From positions 1,680,001 to 1,712,000 of the forward strand of contig OW818653.1 in assembly GCA_942492995.1 (NCBI GenBank): a stretch of DNA of 32,000 bases, read 5' to 3'. Both the position numbers and the translations under genes were made by a program. Positions within the stretch are counted from its first letter, which is position 1; every line of letters starts with the position of its first letter. Source of the stretch: an uncultured Erysipelotrichaceae bacterium (GTDB lineage: Bacteria; Bacillota_I; Bacilli_A; Erysipelotrichales; Erysipelotrichaceae). Of this stretch, positions 8,082-17,099 are shown piece by piece. The notes under the pieces were generated by a model. It ran no database searches. It had not been told where the DNA came from and was given only the letters and a program-made list of their open reading frames with translations.

Positions 8082-10034
8082 ATGATCAAAATAACGAAGA
8101 GACAAAAAGACATTATTTATTATCTTTTAGATAATAATGGATTTGTGACGGTTAAATATCTTTCAGATCGATTTAATGTGAGTCAAAGAACATTACGATA
8201 TGAACTAGATACGATCGAATATTTCCTCAAGTCATACAAAATTGAAATTGAACGTAAACCACATTATGGAATAAGGATTGAAGTAACAGATAAACAATAT
8301 AAGTCAATTAATGAAGATTTAAGTTGTGAAGATGACTACCAACTACATATAGACGAAAGAAGACGATTGATATTGTTCTATTTGTTATGCGAACAATTAG
8401 TTACCATAGAAACACTAGCTGAACTGCTCAATGTAAGTAAACAAACGATACAAACAGATTTAGAAGAATTAGATAAAGAATTAAATAAAACAGATTTAAC
8501 GATTGTACGTAAAGTAAGAAAAGGATGTTTTATTGAAGGTAGAGAAAAGGAAATTAGAATTTACTTTAGCCAACTTTACGCAATGACGAGCGAGATTGAA
8601 AGATCAATTATTGATAAACACATCAATGATAAATGCCATATAATTTCAAGCCAAGCGAATCAAATCGTATCAAATATGGAGAAATTTCAGAAGTTTAACT
8701 TTGCACATCCAAATGAGATAAAGAGTTTTGTGGCATTAAATTTATACCGAACGAGTAATGGAAACAAGCTAATCGATAGTGATACAAACAAGTTTGAAGT
8801 AGGAAGACTATCACTGATAGAAAAACTAACGAACAACTTCGAGTTACGAATAGATGAAAACGATGCGCTGTTTATTCTTGAAACGATGCTTGAAGCAAAA
8901 GTGGATTCGATGCCTCAAACATATATACAAGAAGATGAAGATGAAAGAATTGCGTCTGAACTAGCTGATTTCTTATTAGATGGATTATCAAGTTCATCGA
9001 AATTAAATGAAGAAGAAAGTTTAGTCTTTACGGAGAATTTAAGACTACATTTAAAAATAACTTTATTTAGAATACGTAATAGATTAAATGTTGAAAATCA
9101 AATACTTGATCGAGTAAAAGTAAGTATTCCATTGATATATGAATACACTAAGAATCGATTAATAGAATTTGAGAATAAGTCAGGATTGTATTTCAACGAA
9201 GAAGAAATAGCCTATATTGCGATGCATATAGGAGCGATAGTTGAAAAAAGAACATTATATTCACCAGGATTGAATGTATTAGTTGTATGTCATTTCGGAA
9301 TAGCGACATCCAAGATTATGGTATCTCGTCTGAATGTTATGATTCCTGAGATTAATATCATAGGGCCAATGACTATCGAAGAAGCTAAAGATGAATTAAA
9401 TCGTATTAAAGTTGATCTCATAATTACAACTGTAAAATTTGAATCGATGGTAGATACAATCCAAGTTAGTCCACTCTTATCCGATGAAGATATATATCGA
9501 ATTAAGACAAAAGCGTATAAAAATACGTATTTAAAACAATGTAATAAATTCATAAAGAATTTTAATACAAATTGTACTGTAGATTATGCGCTATCTAATT
9601 TCTTAAAAGATGGTCATATTCAGATTCGAGAATCTGTTTCGGAATGGAGAGATGCGATACGGATAGCGGCTCAACCATTATTGGATGATCAATTGATTGA
9701 AAAGCGATATGTTGAAAGAATGATAAGAGCTGTAGAAGAGTTTGGTAATTATATGGTGATTCTACCTGAAACTGCTTTTGTGCATGCAGGAATAGATGAT
9801 GGAGTGAATCAGCAATGTGTCAGTATGCTAATTCTAAAAACACCTGTTGTATTTGGGAATAAAAACCAAGAGTTGATTCGAAACATAGTCGTTATCGCAG
9901 TAAAGAAAAGAGAAGATGACATTATCTTGAAGCTTGCTAAGATATTAGAAAATCCAGAAAATCGAAACAAGATGTATAGAGAAGATATCACAGTAAAGGA
10001 AATATTGAATTTAAAATACGAGGTTACATTATGA
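8082..10034 (+). CDS. PRD-domain PTS-regulated transcriptional activator (HTH + Mga-like + PRD + EIIB-like + EIIA-like; MtlR/LicR class)
   Basis: N-terminal HTH (KRQKDIIYYLLDNNGFVTVKYLSDRFNVSQRTLRYELD), EIIB-like VLVVCHFGIATSKIM, and a C-terminal EIIA type-2 module (ETAFVHAG). The ATG at 8082 has AGGTGA 8 nt upstream and is preferred to the GTG at 8070 in the ORF track. Confidence 0.85.
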   Translation: MIKITKRQKDIIYYLLDNNGFVTVKYLSDRFNVSQRTLRYELDTIEYFLKSYKIEIERKPHYGIRIEVTDKQYKSINEDLSCEDDYQLHIDERRRLILFYLLCEQLVTIETLAELLNVSKQTIQTDLEELDKELNKTDLTIVRKVRKGCFIEGREKEIRIYFSQLYAMTSEIERSIIDKHINDKCHIISSQANQIVSNMEKFQKFNFAHPNEIKSFVALNLYRTSNGNKLIDSDTNKFEVGRLSLIEKLTNNFELRIDENDALFILETMLEAKVDSMPQTYIQEDEDERIASELADFLLDGLSSSSKLNEEESLVFTENLRLHLKITLFRIRNRLNVENQILDRVKVSIPLIYEYTKNRLIEFENKSGLYFNEEEIAYIAMHIGAIVEKRTLYSPGLNVLVVCHFGIATSKIMVSRLNVMIPEINIIGPMTIEEAKDELNRIKVDLIITTVKFESMVDTIQVSPLLSDEDIYRIKTKAYKNTYLKQCNKFIKNFNTNCTVDYALSNFLKDGHIQIRESVSEWRDAIRIAAQPLLDDQLIEKRYVERMIRAVEEFGNYMVILPETAFVHAGIDDGVNQQCVSMLILKTPVVFGNKNQELIRNIVVIAVKKREDDIILKLAKILENPENRNKMYREDITVKEILNLKYEVTL

Positions 10035-10507
10035 ACGAACTCATCAAATTAGAAAATATAGAAGTAAATCAAGAACCAAGTACTTGGCAAGATGCGATTA
10101 AAATTGTTGGTCAATTGCTTCTAAAATCAGACTGTATCGAAGAGAAATACATTCAGGCAATGATTGATGCGGTAAATGATTTAGGTCCTTACATTGTAAT
10201 AGGTCAACATATAGCGATTGCACATGCGGCACCTGAGAAATATGTAAAAAGTAATGGATTAACCTGTGCAATATTATCAAAACCAATTGAGTTTGGATCT
10301 CAAAACGATCCTGTAAAAGTTATGTTTGCCATATCCAGTGTAGATGGTAAATCACATCTTCATATGTTAATGGATTTAGCGAAAATAATTGGTGAAGATG
10401 ATGAGGTTGTAACGTTATTAAGTCAATGTACAACAAAAGAAGAAGTATACGAAATTATTAATGGTGTAAACGATGGAACGCGTCCATTGTCACATAGAGA
10501 GGGTTAA
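10031..10507 (+). CDS. PTS EIIA component, ascorbate/mannitol type 2 (UlaC/SgaA-like)
   Basis: GQHIAIAHAAPE phospho-His region and a size of about 158 aa. The ATGA overlap with the regulator's stop indicates translational coupling. Confidence 0.85.
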   Translation: MNELIKLENIEVNQEPSTWQDAIKIVGQLLLKSDCIEEKYIQAMIDAVNDLGPYIVIGQHIAIAHAAPEKYVKSNGLTCAILSKPIEFGSQNDPVKVMFAISSVDGKSHLHMLMDLAKIIGEDDEVVTLLSQCTTKEEVYEIINGVNDGTRPLSHREG

Positions 10508-10511
10508 AGCA

Positions 10512-10805
10512 TTGGGAAAGAAGCTAAAGATTCAGACTGTTTGTGGATTTGGTGTTGGGACTTCGATGTTCCTTAAGATGAAAGTAGATGAAGTAGTAAA
10601 GAGTAATAATTTGAATATTGATGTGTTTTGTGGGGATGTTACGACTTGTACTTCAAGTGAATGTGATGCCATCTTTACTTCGGCGGAGTTAGCTGAAACG
10701 ATTGGTAGAAGTACAAAAGTTCCAGTAATAGTAATTAATAGTTTCATTAATTCAAAAGAAATCACTGAGAAAACATTAAAGTTCATCAGTGAATTCGAAC
10801 AGTGA
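10512..10805 (+). CDS. PTS EIIB component, ascorbate family (UlaB/SgaB-like)
   Basis: Active-site Cys motif KIQTVCGFGVGTSMFLK. A TTG at 10512 preceded by AGAGAGGG is a more plausible start than the ATG at 10473, which overlaps the EIIA gene by 35 nt. Confidence 0.75.
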   Translation: MGKKLKIQTVCGFGVGTSMFLKMKVDEVVKSNNLNIDVFCGDVTTCTSSECDAIFTSAELAETIGRSTKVPVIVINSFINSKEITEKTLKFISEFEQ

Positions 10806-10815
10806 AAGGGAAAAA

Positions 10816-12102
10816 ATGGAAATCTTAAATTTTATAGTATCTGATATATTTGGGAATGCTGCTATATTCTTAGCATTAATCGCTGCAGTTGGTTTAATCG
10901 TTCAACGTAAAACTGTTGTAGAAATATTACAAGGTTCTGCTAAAACTGCAATTGGTGTTGTTGTTTTATCACAAGGGAATTCAATCATTATCTCAGCTAT
11001 ACTTGGATTATCAGCTGCATTCAGCGCATTAAATCCTTCTACAGCTAGTTCAGTGACAGAAATTGGTTCTGATGCATTTAGTGCAATGTTCGGAACACAA
11101 ATTGGTATCGTAATGATGATTGCATTTGCACTTAATATCCTAGTAGCTCGTTTTACAAAATGGAAAACTATTTTCTTAACAGGACATATGTTATATTGGT
11201 TCCCATTTGTATTCTTAGCAGCTGGATATGATGCTGGATTAAGAGATACTAAACTTGTAATTTTAGCCGTTATCTTTACAGCATTATATATGATCATTAT
11301 GCCTAACTTACTTCAACCATTCGTTAGAAAAGTAACGGGTAGTGACGCATTTGCTATTGGTCATCCAACAGCTGGTTTATCAATTATTAGTGGTTTCTTA
11401 GGTCAAATATTTGGTGATAAATCTAAATCTACAGAATCACTAAACTTCCCTAAAGGCTTAGGCTTCCTCAAAGAAATTTCTATTACAGGTGGAATCGTTG
11501 TTGCGTTGACATACACTGTAATGACAGTGTTGATGTCTATAAATGGTATCGATGCAGCTGCAACATTCGGATTAGCTTCTGCTTCAAAACTATTCTCTCA
11601 TATCTTATTAATGGGATTCACTTTCGGTGCTGGTTTAACAGTACTATTATTAGGGGTTCGTATGGTTATTGCAGAAATCGTTCCAGCATTTAAAGGTTTC
11701 TCTGACAAAATCGTACCAGGTGCTATTCCAGCACTAGACTGCCCAATGTTATTTGCTTATGCTCCTAATGCTTTAGTAATTGGTTTTATAACAGCAATGA
11801 TTACGTCTGTTATTACAATCATTATTACGAGCTCAATGGCTATCTTCCCAGCAGTTGTACTACCTCTAACAATCACATGTTTCTTCGAATTAGGAACAGC
11901 AGCTATTATTGGTAATGCCACAGGTGGCGTTAAAGGTGCTGTTATTGGTTCCGCAGTTGGTGGAGTTATAATGGTATTCTTAGTTGGTTTCGGCGCAAAC
12001 TTCTTCATGAACACAATTAATCAATGGATGTTAGTATTTGGCGGACAAGACTTCTCAATTTGGGGTATGGTTGCCGGCTTCTTTGCTCGATTCTTTGTAT
12101 AA
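10816..12102 (+). CDS. PTS EIIC permease, ascorbate family (UlaA/SgaT-like)
   Basis: Polytopic membrane protein of about 428 aa with N-terminus MEILNFIVSDIFGNAAIFLALIA typical of the family. ATG at 10816 with AAAGGG upstream. Confidence 0.85.
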   Translation: MEILNFIVSDIFGNAAIFLALIAAVGLIVQRKTVVEILQGSAKTAIGVVVLSQGNSIIISAILGLSAAFSALNPSTASSVTEIGSDAFSAMFGTQIGIVMMIAFALNILVARFTKWKTIFLTGHMLYWFPFVFLAAGYDAGLRDTKLVILAVIFTALYMIIMPNLLQPFVRKVTGSDAFAIGHPTAGLSIISGFLGQIFGDKSKSTESLNFPKGLGFLKEISITGGIVVALTYTVMTVLMSINGIDAAATFGLASASKLFSHILLMGFTFGAGLTVLLLGVRMVIAEIVPAFKGFSDKIVPGAIPALDCPMLFAYAPNALVIGFITAMITSVITIIITSSMAIFPAVVLPLTITCFFELGTAAIIGNATGGVKGAVIGSAVGGVIMVFLVGFGANFFMNTINQWMLVFGGQDFSIWGMVAGFFARFFV

Positions 12103-12845
12103 TGGCTAGTAAGAGTTTACAGTATGTGCAACATATCAAAGATATAATTGGTAATGTTGTAGAAACGCAATATAAACAAATTGAATCTGCTTCAAACCTT
12201 ATAGTTAACGCAATAATAAATGAAAAATGCATCTACGTCTTTGGAGCGTCGCATGCAGGAATTATTGCTCAAGAAGTTTTTTATAGAACAGGGGGGTTGG
12301 TCCCGATAAACCCAATATTACCAGCTTCCTTAATGTTAAATACTCGTCCTGTTACACATACCAGTGCTATGGAACGATTAGAAGGATATGGATCAGAAGT
12401 ACTTAAAACTGTGAATATACAAGATGGAGATATCTTGTTAATTCATTCTGTATCTGGTCGTAATGCTGTCGCAATTGACATGGCTCGTGATGCTAAGGCT
12501 AAAGGAGTTAAAGTGATTGCACTAACCAATCTTAACTACTCATCTCAAGTTACCGCACGTCATAGTTCGGGTAAACGACTGTTTGAATGCGCAGATATCG
12601 TAATTGATAACTGTGGAGATTTTGAAGATTCATGTATAGAATTAGATAACTTTAATCAGAAAGTAGCTCCTTCTTCAACAGTTATTGGCGCATTAATTGT
12701 CAATATGATGGTTGTTCAAGTTGCGGAAACATTATTAGAATTAGGAATTGAACCACCGATTTATCATAGCGCTAATGTCGATGGTGGAGATGCTTTCAAT
12801 CAGTTAATGTTTGAAAAGTATAAGAATCAAATTCATTATTTATAA
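12102..12845 (+). CDS. SIS (sugar isomerase) domain protein, UPF0309-like
   Basis: Motifs VFGASHAGIIAQEVFYRTGGL and SVSGRNAVAIDMA. The ATG at 12102 overlaps the EIIC stop (TAATG). The longer ORF-track start lies inside EIIC. Confidence 0.8.
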   Translation: MASKSLQYVQHIKDIIGNVVETQYKQIESASNLIVNAIINEKCIYVFGASHAGIIAQEVFYRTGGLVPINPILPASLMLNTRPVTHTSAMERLEGYGSEVLKTVNIQDGDILLIHSVSGRNAVAIDMARDAKAKGVKVIALTNLNYSSQVTARHSSGKRLFECADIVIDNCGDFEDSCIELDNFNQKVAPSSTVIGALIVNMMVVQVAETLLELGIEPPIYHSANVDGGDAFNQLMFEKYKNQIHYL

Positions 12846-12853
12846 GAATCATA

Positions 12854-12880
12854 AAATGGACACCAAAATGTCCATTTTCT
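12854..12880 (+). terminator. Rho-independent terminator of the PTS operon
   Basis: Stem aaatggaca (12854-12862) / tgtccattt (12869-12877) followed by a T-rich tail. Confidence 0.7.
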
Positions 12881-12924
12881 ATTTCTATAATGACTATTAT
12901 AAATTAGATTAATCAAAGATTGAA

Positions 12925-12953
12925 TGAATATGAGATTTAACAAATGATATAAT
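12925..12953 (+). promoter_or_regulatory. Candidate extended -10 promoter for the PASTA-domain gene
   Basis: TGaTATAAT at 12945-12953 and tttaac at 12925-12930, with 17-nt spacing. Confidence 0.35.
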
Positions 12954-13002
12954 TATTCCAACAAATGAGTGAAAAAACACAAATAATTCAAGGGGACACA
13001 AA

Positions 13003-13830
13003 ATGGGTTGGAAAAAGATATTAATGGATGGAGGAACTAAAGCTGTTAGTGAATTTATAGGAAAAGATGCTATAAATCTCGGTGTTAAAATTGGTACCGA
13101 AATATATGAACAACAAAAAGCACTAATAAAGATTCCTGATTTAAAAGATGTAAATATTGATGAAGCAATGCGTATTCTAAAAGATGAATTACACTTGATT
13201 CCAACAATGGCAATCGCAAATCCTAACATTGCATATGCTGATGAAAGTTATAAAGAAGTTATGTACTCAGAACCTCGATTTGGCTCGAGAGTTAATCCTG
13301 GTACTGCAATCAAAGTGTACTATGTCACTCAGGAAGTTATTGATAAATGTAAGGAACTATTAAAGACAGCTGTAAGTGAATTTAAAGTTCCAATAGTAGT
13401 TGGATTAAACGTATATGAGGCAAGAGAAGATCTTGAGAATCTAGGATTAAGAGTTGCTGAAAAACTAGAAAATCCTAATTTAAGTTTTATAAATAAGGAA
13501 GATGGTCAGGTCACAAAATTAACTTATCCAAACGGTCAAAAGGTTGGTTCTAAGATGAAAACCGGTGATCGTGTATTTCTTTATTATGTAAATGAAGAAG
13601 TTATTTTAGAGAGTAAATCATTAAAAGATAAAAGTGATAAAGATAAACAAGAAATGATTGATAATATCAGTAAATCTGCAAAGGATTTGACTAAAGGAAT
13701 ATCAACTGGTGCTGCAGATATAACCAAAGGAATCTCTAGTGGAGCAGTAGATGTTACTAAAAATATTGCACATAGTTTTGGAAAACAATTTGGTAAGCAT
13801 AAAGTAGATTTAGAGGAAGAAAAAGAGTAA
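13003..13830 (+). CDS. Protein with two PASTA-like domains and a C-terminal short-repeat tail
   Basis: Two segments fit the PASTA pattern: IPDLKDVNIDEAMRILKD...EPRFGSRVNPGTAIKVYYV and VPIVVGLNVYEAREDLENLGLRV...GSKMKTGDRVFLYYV. The tail repeats TKGIS(T/S)GA(A/V)D(I/V)TK. Confidence 0.6.
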   Translation: MGWKKILMDGGTKAVSEFIGKDAINLGVKIGTEIYEQQKALIKIPDLKDVNIDEAMRILKDELHLIPTMAIANPNIAYADESYKEVMYSEPRFGSRVNPGTAIKVYYVTQEVIDKCKELLKTAVSEFKVPIVVGLNVYEAREDLENLGLRVAEKLENPNLSFINKEDGQVTKLTYPNGQKVGSKMKTGDRVFLYYVNEEVILESKSLKDKSDKDKQEMIDNISKSAKDLTKGISTGAADITKGISSGAVDVTKNIAHSFGKQFGKHKVDLEEEKE

Positions 13831-13903
13831 TAACAATTTTATCTTATGTAACATTCACCATGATACAAGAAATCATAATGTTACAAACAATTCTATATAT
13901 AAA

Positions 13904-13936
13904 AAGGATAAGTTCATTTAGATCTTATCCTTTTAT
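13904..13936. terminator. Bidirectional terminator between the PASTA gene and addA
   Basis: Stem aaaaggataag (13904-13914) / cttatcctttt (13926-13936), immediately after the addA stop codon (13941-13943 on the plus strand). Confidence 0.65.
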
Positions 13937-13940
13937 GTTA

Positions 13941-16900
13941 TTACTCTGTTTCTATCACTTTCTGGTATCTAAAACTATAGATTCCAGTACGTATATGATG
14001 ATTCGGATAAACAAGTTGAATCGCTGTACGATAATCATTTAACTGTGAAGAATAAACTTCGATGAGTTCTTGTTCACTCAAATGTCTATCGGTTTTAAAG
14101 TCTACGCAATAAACTGTTTTCTCATCATTCGCTAATATATCCATAATCCCTCTGACAATCTCGTTGTTCGATTGATATACAAAAGGGAATTCCTTATAAC
14201 AGTTAATTGTTTTCATCTTGGTATACCAATCACTGTGATAGAAGGATAATAAGGCTTCTATTTCATCTTCTGTACTATTAGGATCTAATTCTAAGATCTT
14301 TTCTTTTGACCAATCATTAAGTGGTAATTGTTCGATAAGACGATGTAAACGCGTACCACGCTCTTTACCATCATTGAAGTAATCTAAATCAAGATTAGTC
14401 GTAGATGTTTTAAATTCATGGGCTGATGGACGTCTGAATACGATTGAATCTTGATGAGTATTGATAAACGTAAAAGGAGGAGTAGGTGGAGGTGTAGGCA
14501 TTGTGTGAGATTCAATGGTTGATGGATCAATTTCTTTGATCTTAAAAATATCATAAATCTCTCTACCTGCCGCATGCGTTAAGAATGTATAGCCACGATT
14601 ACCTAAGATAAGATCTAAGTTCAACTGTGATTTCTCTAAGTTCTTATGATTCTTATCCACAATAATCAGTTTCTTCTCTGCCCGTGTCAATGCGACATAC
14701 CAGACTCTGAGTGCTTCTTCTTTCTCTTCACGTAGAATCTTGTGTTTAATCCCTAAACTCATTGGATTATCCCGTTTATAGCGTTCTGGTAAGAGAATGG
14801 TATTCATCGCAATCCCAATATCATTATCATAATGAATTAAACTCGAACTATTATGATTCATAAATTGTTTCGTACCTAAGACAAATACAACAGGCCATTC
14901 TAAGCCTTTGGATTGGTGAATGGTTAATACCTTAACCACATCATCTTCTTGAGAAACAGGAATCGCCTCAGAAGTCTTCTCATCTTGAATCGCTTCTACC
15001 ATTTGAATAAACTCAATTAAACTAAAGTTCTCTTCATCCAAACTAATCGCTTTAACTCGTAATAAGTCAAGATTCGTACGTTGTTGGGTATCGATATGAT
15101 GGGTATAATAACCATTAAATTCATAAAGGATATTTAAGAACTCACTGAGTCGTTTATAGTTGGCTTGTCTAACTAATTCCATTAAAGATGCATATTCATT
15201 TGGATAGTTTAATCTGAAACCATCTGTTAGTGAATTTTGACTAACAATTCGTAACTGTGCTAATTTATTCTCATCAAACTCAAAGAACGATGATAATAAC
15301 ACTCCCACAAGCGATAAATCATCTCTTGGATCTAAACAGAATCGTAGAACTTGAAGTACATCTTGAACTGATGACGACAAATAGAAACCAGCTTTCACAT
15401 CAATAAAATTAGGAATGTGATACGCATCAAATGCTTTCTTTAACTCTAACTTTGTACGATGTGATTTAACCAATACAACATAGTCTTTCCAATGTGGATA
15501 GATATTTTCTTTACGCATCTTAATAATCGTTTGTGCAATATGATTCGCCTTAATACGATCTAACTTAATCGTTTCTTCATCACTCTCTTCTAATTCATTA
15601 ATCAAATGGAGTTCAATTGTTTCTCCACCCAATTGCGAATCAACCCCAATCTTCACCGTATCTTGAGGTGAATACGAAGAATCTAAGCCTTGGATGTTCA
15701 TCAAATTACTGAAGAGTTGATTGTTAAATTCTACGATTGATTCTTTCGATCTATAGTTATTACTAAGATATAAGGTTAAATCGCTCGGATTTGTGGATTG
15801 AATTAAACCTTTCATTAATTGTGGACGTGCATTTCTAAACCGATAAATGGACTGTTTCACATCCCCAACTCTAAACACATTATTCCCTCGACTAATACAT
15901 TCAACTAATTCATCCTGTACTTCATTAGAATCCTGGAACTCATCAACTAAGATATCTTTTATTTGATTCCGTAATTGATCAGACACATCAAAATCCGGAT
16001 GTTTAAGTATCTGTAATGCCATCTTTTCCATATCTGAAAAGTCTAAGACCTGTGCTTCTTCTTTAATGGATTGATAAATAAGATTGAAATGTTCTACACA
16101 ATCAATAAGTGCAGAAATCGGTTCTTTTAGATATTCAATATCCCGTAAATAATCTTCTTCCTTGAAGTAATGTGTCACAACACTCTTCACCGTATCATAG
16201 AATTGATCACGCATATTCTTCGTATTCTCTTCTAGTCCACGTAATGGTTTAGCTGTTAAACTACCAAGGATGATCAACGCATGATGGAAGGTATGGTAAT
16301 TGAATGTGTCAAGCGCAAGCGTAGCTTGTACGATAGAATCTTCAAGGTGTTTGATCTGAAACTTTGACTCATCTTGAAGTTCATCAAGAGTAAGAGATAA
16401 CTTAAACTGATTCAATGAATCTGTAAGAGATGTCATATCATCTCTTAACACTTGGAAGAAAGCAGATCTATATGGTTCATCTAATTCAGATAAATGATTG
16501 TATCTTCGATACGATGATTTAATCTGATTCAACCATTGTGTAGGATCAATCTTAGCTTCTAACTTAGAACTTAAATCAAGAATTGTTTCTCTAAGAAATG
16601 TATCTTCTTCAGGTCTATTGTGTAGTATTTGAACTAGATTCAAGAATGCAGGATGTGCTTTCTTATACGCTTCATCCAATACAATATCCAAGGCTTGCGA
16701 TTGATAAATCTTCGAACTCGCTTCATCACAAATCGAATTCGCACGTTTCTGACTAATCCCTAATACATACGCATAATCCTTTACTAAACTTAAACAAAAC
16801 GAGTGAATAGTCGAAATACGAGCAGATGCGAGTAAGGCAATCTGTCGATAAATACGTTCATCATGATTGCGTTGGTACTCTTCTTGAAGTGCTTTAGCCA

Positions 16901-17099
16901 AACGTTTCTTCATCTCAGTCGCAGCCAAATCCGTAAACGTCATCGCTAAGATCTCATCCACATTCACGCCATCCTCTAAAATACGTTTCATCAAACGCGC
17001 AATTAAAACCGTTGTTTTACCCGCTCCTGCTGAAGCGGACAGAATAATATTCTTGCCTACGGTATTAATCGCAGCTAATTGTTCAGGACTCCGTTTCAT
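13941..17099 (-). CDS. addA: ATP-dependent helicase/nuclease subunit A (AddA/RexA)
   Basis: UvrD-type motifs SASAGAGKTT and ILVDEFQDSN, plus the C-terminal RecB-nuclease motif GIMDIL...VYCVDFKTD. The ATG at 17099 has AAGGAG 6 nt upstream; the ORF-track start at 17102 is a GTG. Confidence 0.9.
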   Translation of the reverse strand: MKRSPEQLAAINTVGKNIILSASAGAGKTTVLIARLMKRILEDGVNVDEILAMTFTDLAATEMKKRLAKALQEEYQRNHDERIYRQIALLASARISTIHSFCLSLVKDYAYVLGISQKRANSICDEASSKIYQSQALDIVLDEAYKKAHPAFLNLVQILHNRPEEDTFLRETILDLSSKLEAKIDPTQWLNQIKSSYRRYNHLSELDEPYRSAFFQVLRDDMTSLTDSLNQFKLSLTLDELQDESKFQIKHLEDSIVQATLALDTFNYHTFHHALIILGSLTAKPLRGLEENTKNMRDQFYDTVKSVVTHYFKEEDYLRDIEYLKEPISALIDCVEHFNLIYQSIKEEAQVLDFSDMEKMALQILKHPDFDVSDQLRNQIKDILVDEFQDSNEVQDELVECISRGNNVFRVGDVKQSIYRFRNARPQLMKGLIQSTNPSDLTLYLSNNYRSKESIVEFNNQLFSNLMNIQGLDSSYSPQDTVKIGVDSQLGGETIELHLINELEESDEETIKLDRIKANHIAQTIIKMRKENIYPHWKDYVVLVKSHRTKLELKKAFDAYHIPNFIDVKAGFYLSSSVQDVLQVLRFCLDPRDDLSLVGVLLSSFFEFDENKLAQLRIVSQNSLTDGFRLNYPNEYASLMELVRQANYKRLSEFLNILYEFNGYYTHHIDTQQRTNLDLLRVKAISLDEENFSLIEFIQMVEAIQDEKTSEAIPVSQEDDVVKVLTIHQSKGLEWPVVFVLGTKQFMNHNSSSLIHYDNDIGIAMNTILLPERYKRDNPMSLGIKHKILREEKEEALRVWYVALTRAEKKLIIVDKNHKNLEKSQLNLDLILGNRGYTFLTHAAGREIYDIFKIKEIDPSTIESHTMPTPPPTPPFTFINTHQDSIVFRRPSAHEFKTSTTNLDLDYFNDGKERGTRLHRLIEQLPLNDWSKEKILELDPNSTEDEIEALLSFYHSDWYTKMKTINCYKEFPFVYQSNNEIVRGIMDILANDEKTVYCVDFKTDRHLSEQELIEVYSSQLNDYRTAIQLVYPNHHIRTGIYSFRYQKVIETE

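Noticed and set aside
13847-13885. An imperfect hairpin tgtaacatt...aatgttaca, with inner atgat/atcat pairing, lies after the PASTA gene.
   Set aside because: No T-run follows it, and the stronger hairpin at 13904-13936 already explains termination. I left it unannotated.
13860-14042. A 60-aa ORF spanning the intergenic region and the 3' end of addA.
   Set aside because: It overlaps the bidirectional terminator hairpin and the addA coding end. It has no RBS and its sequence is junk-like.
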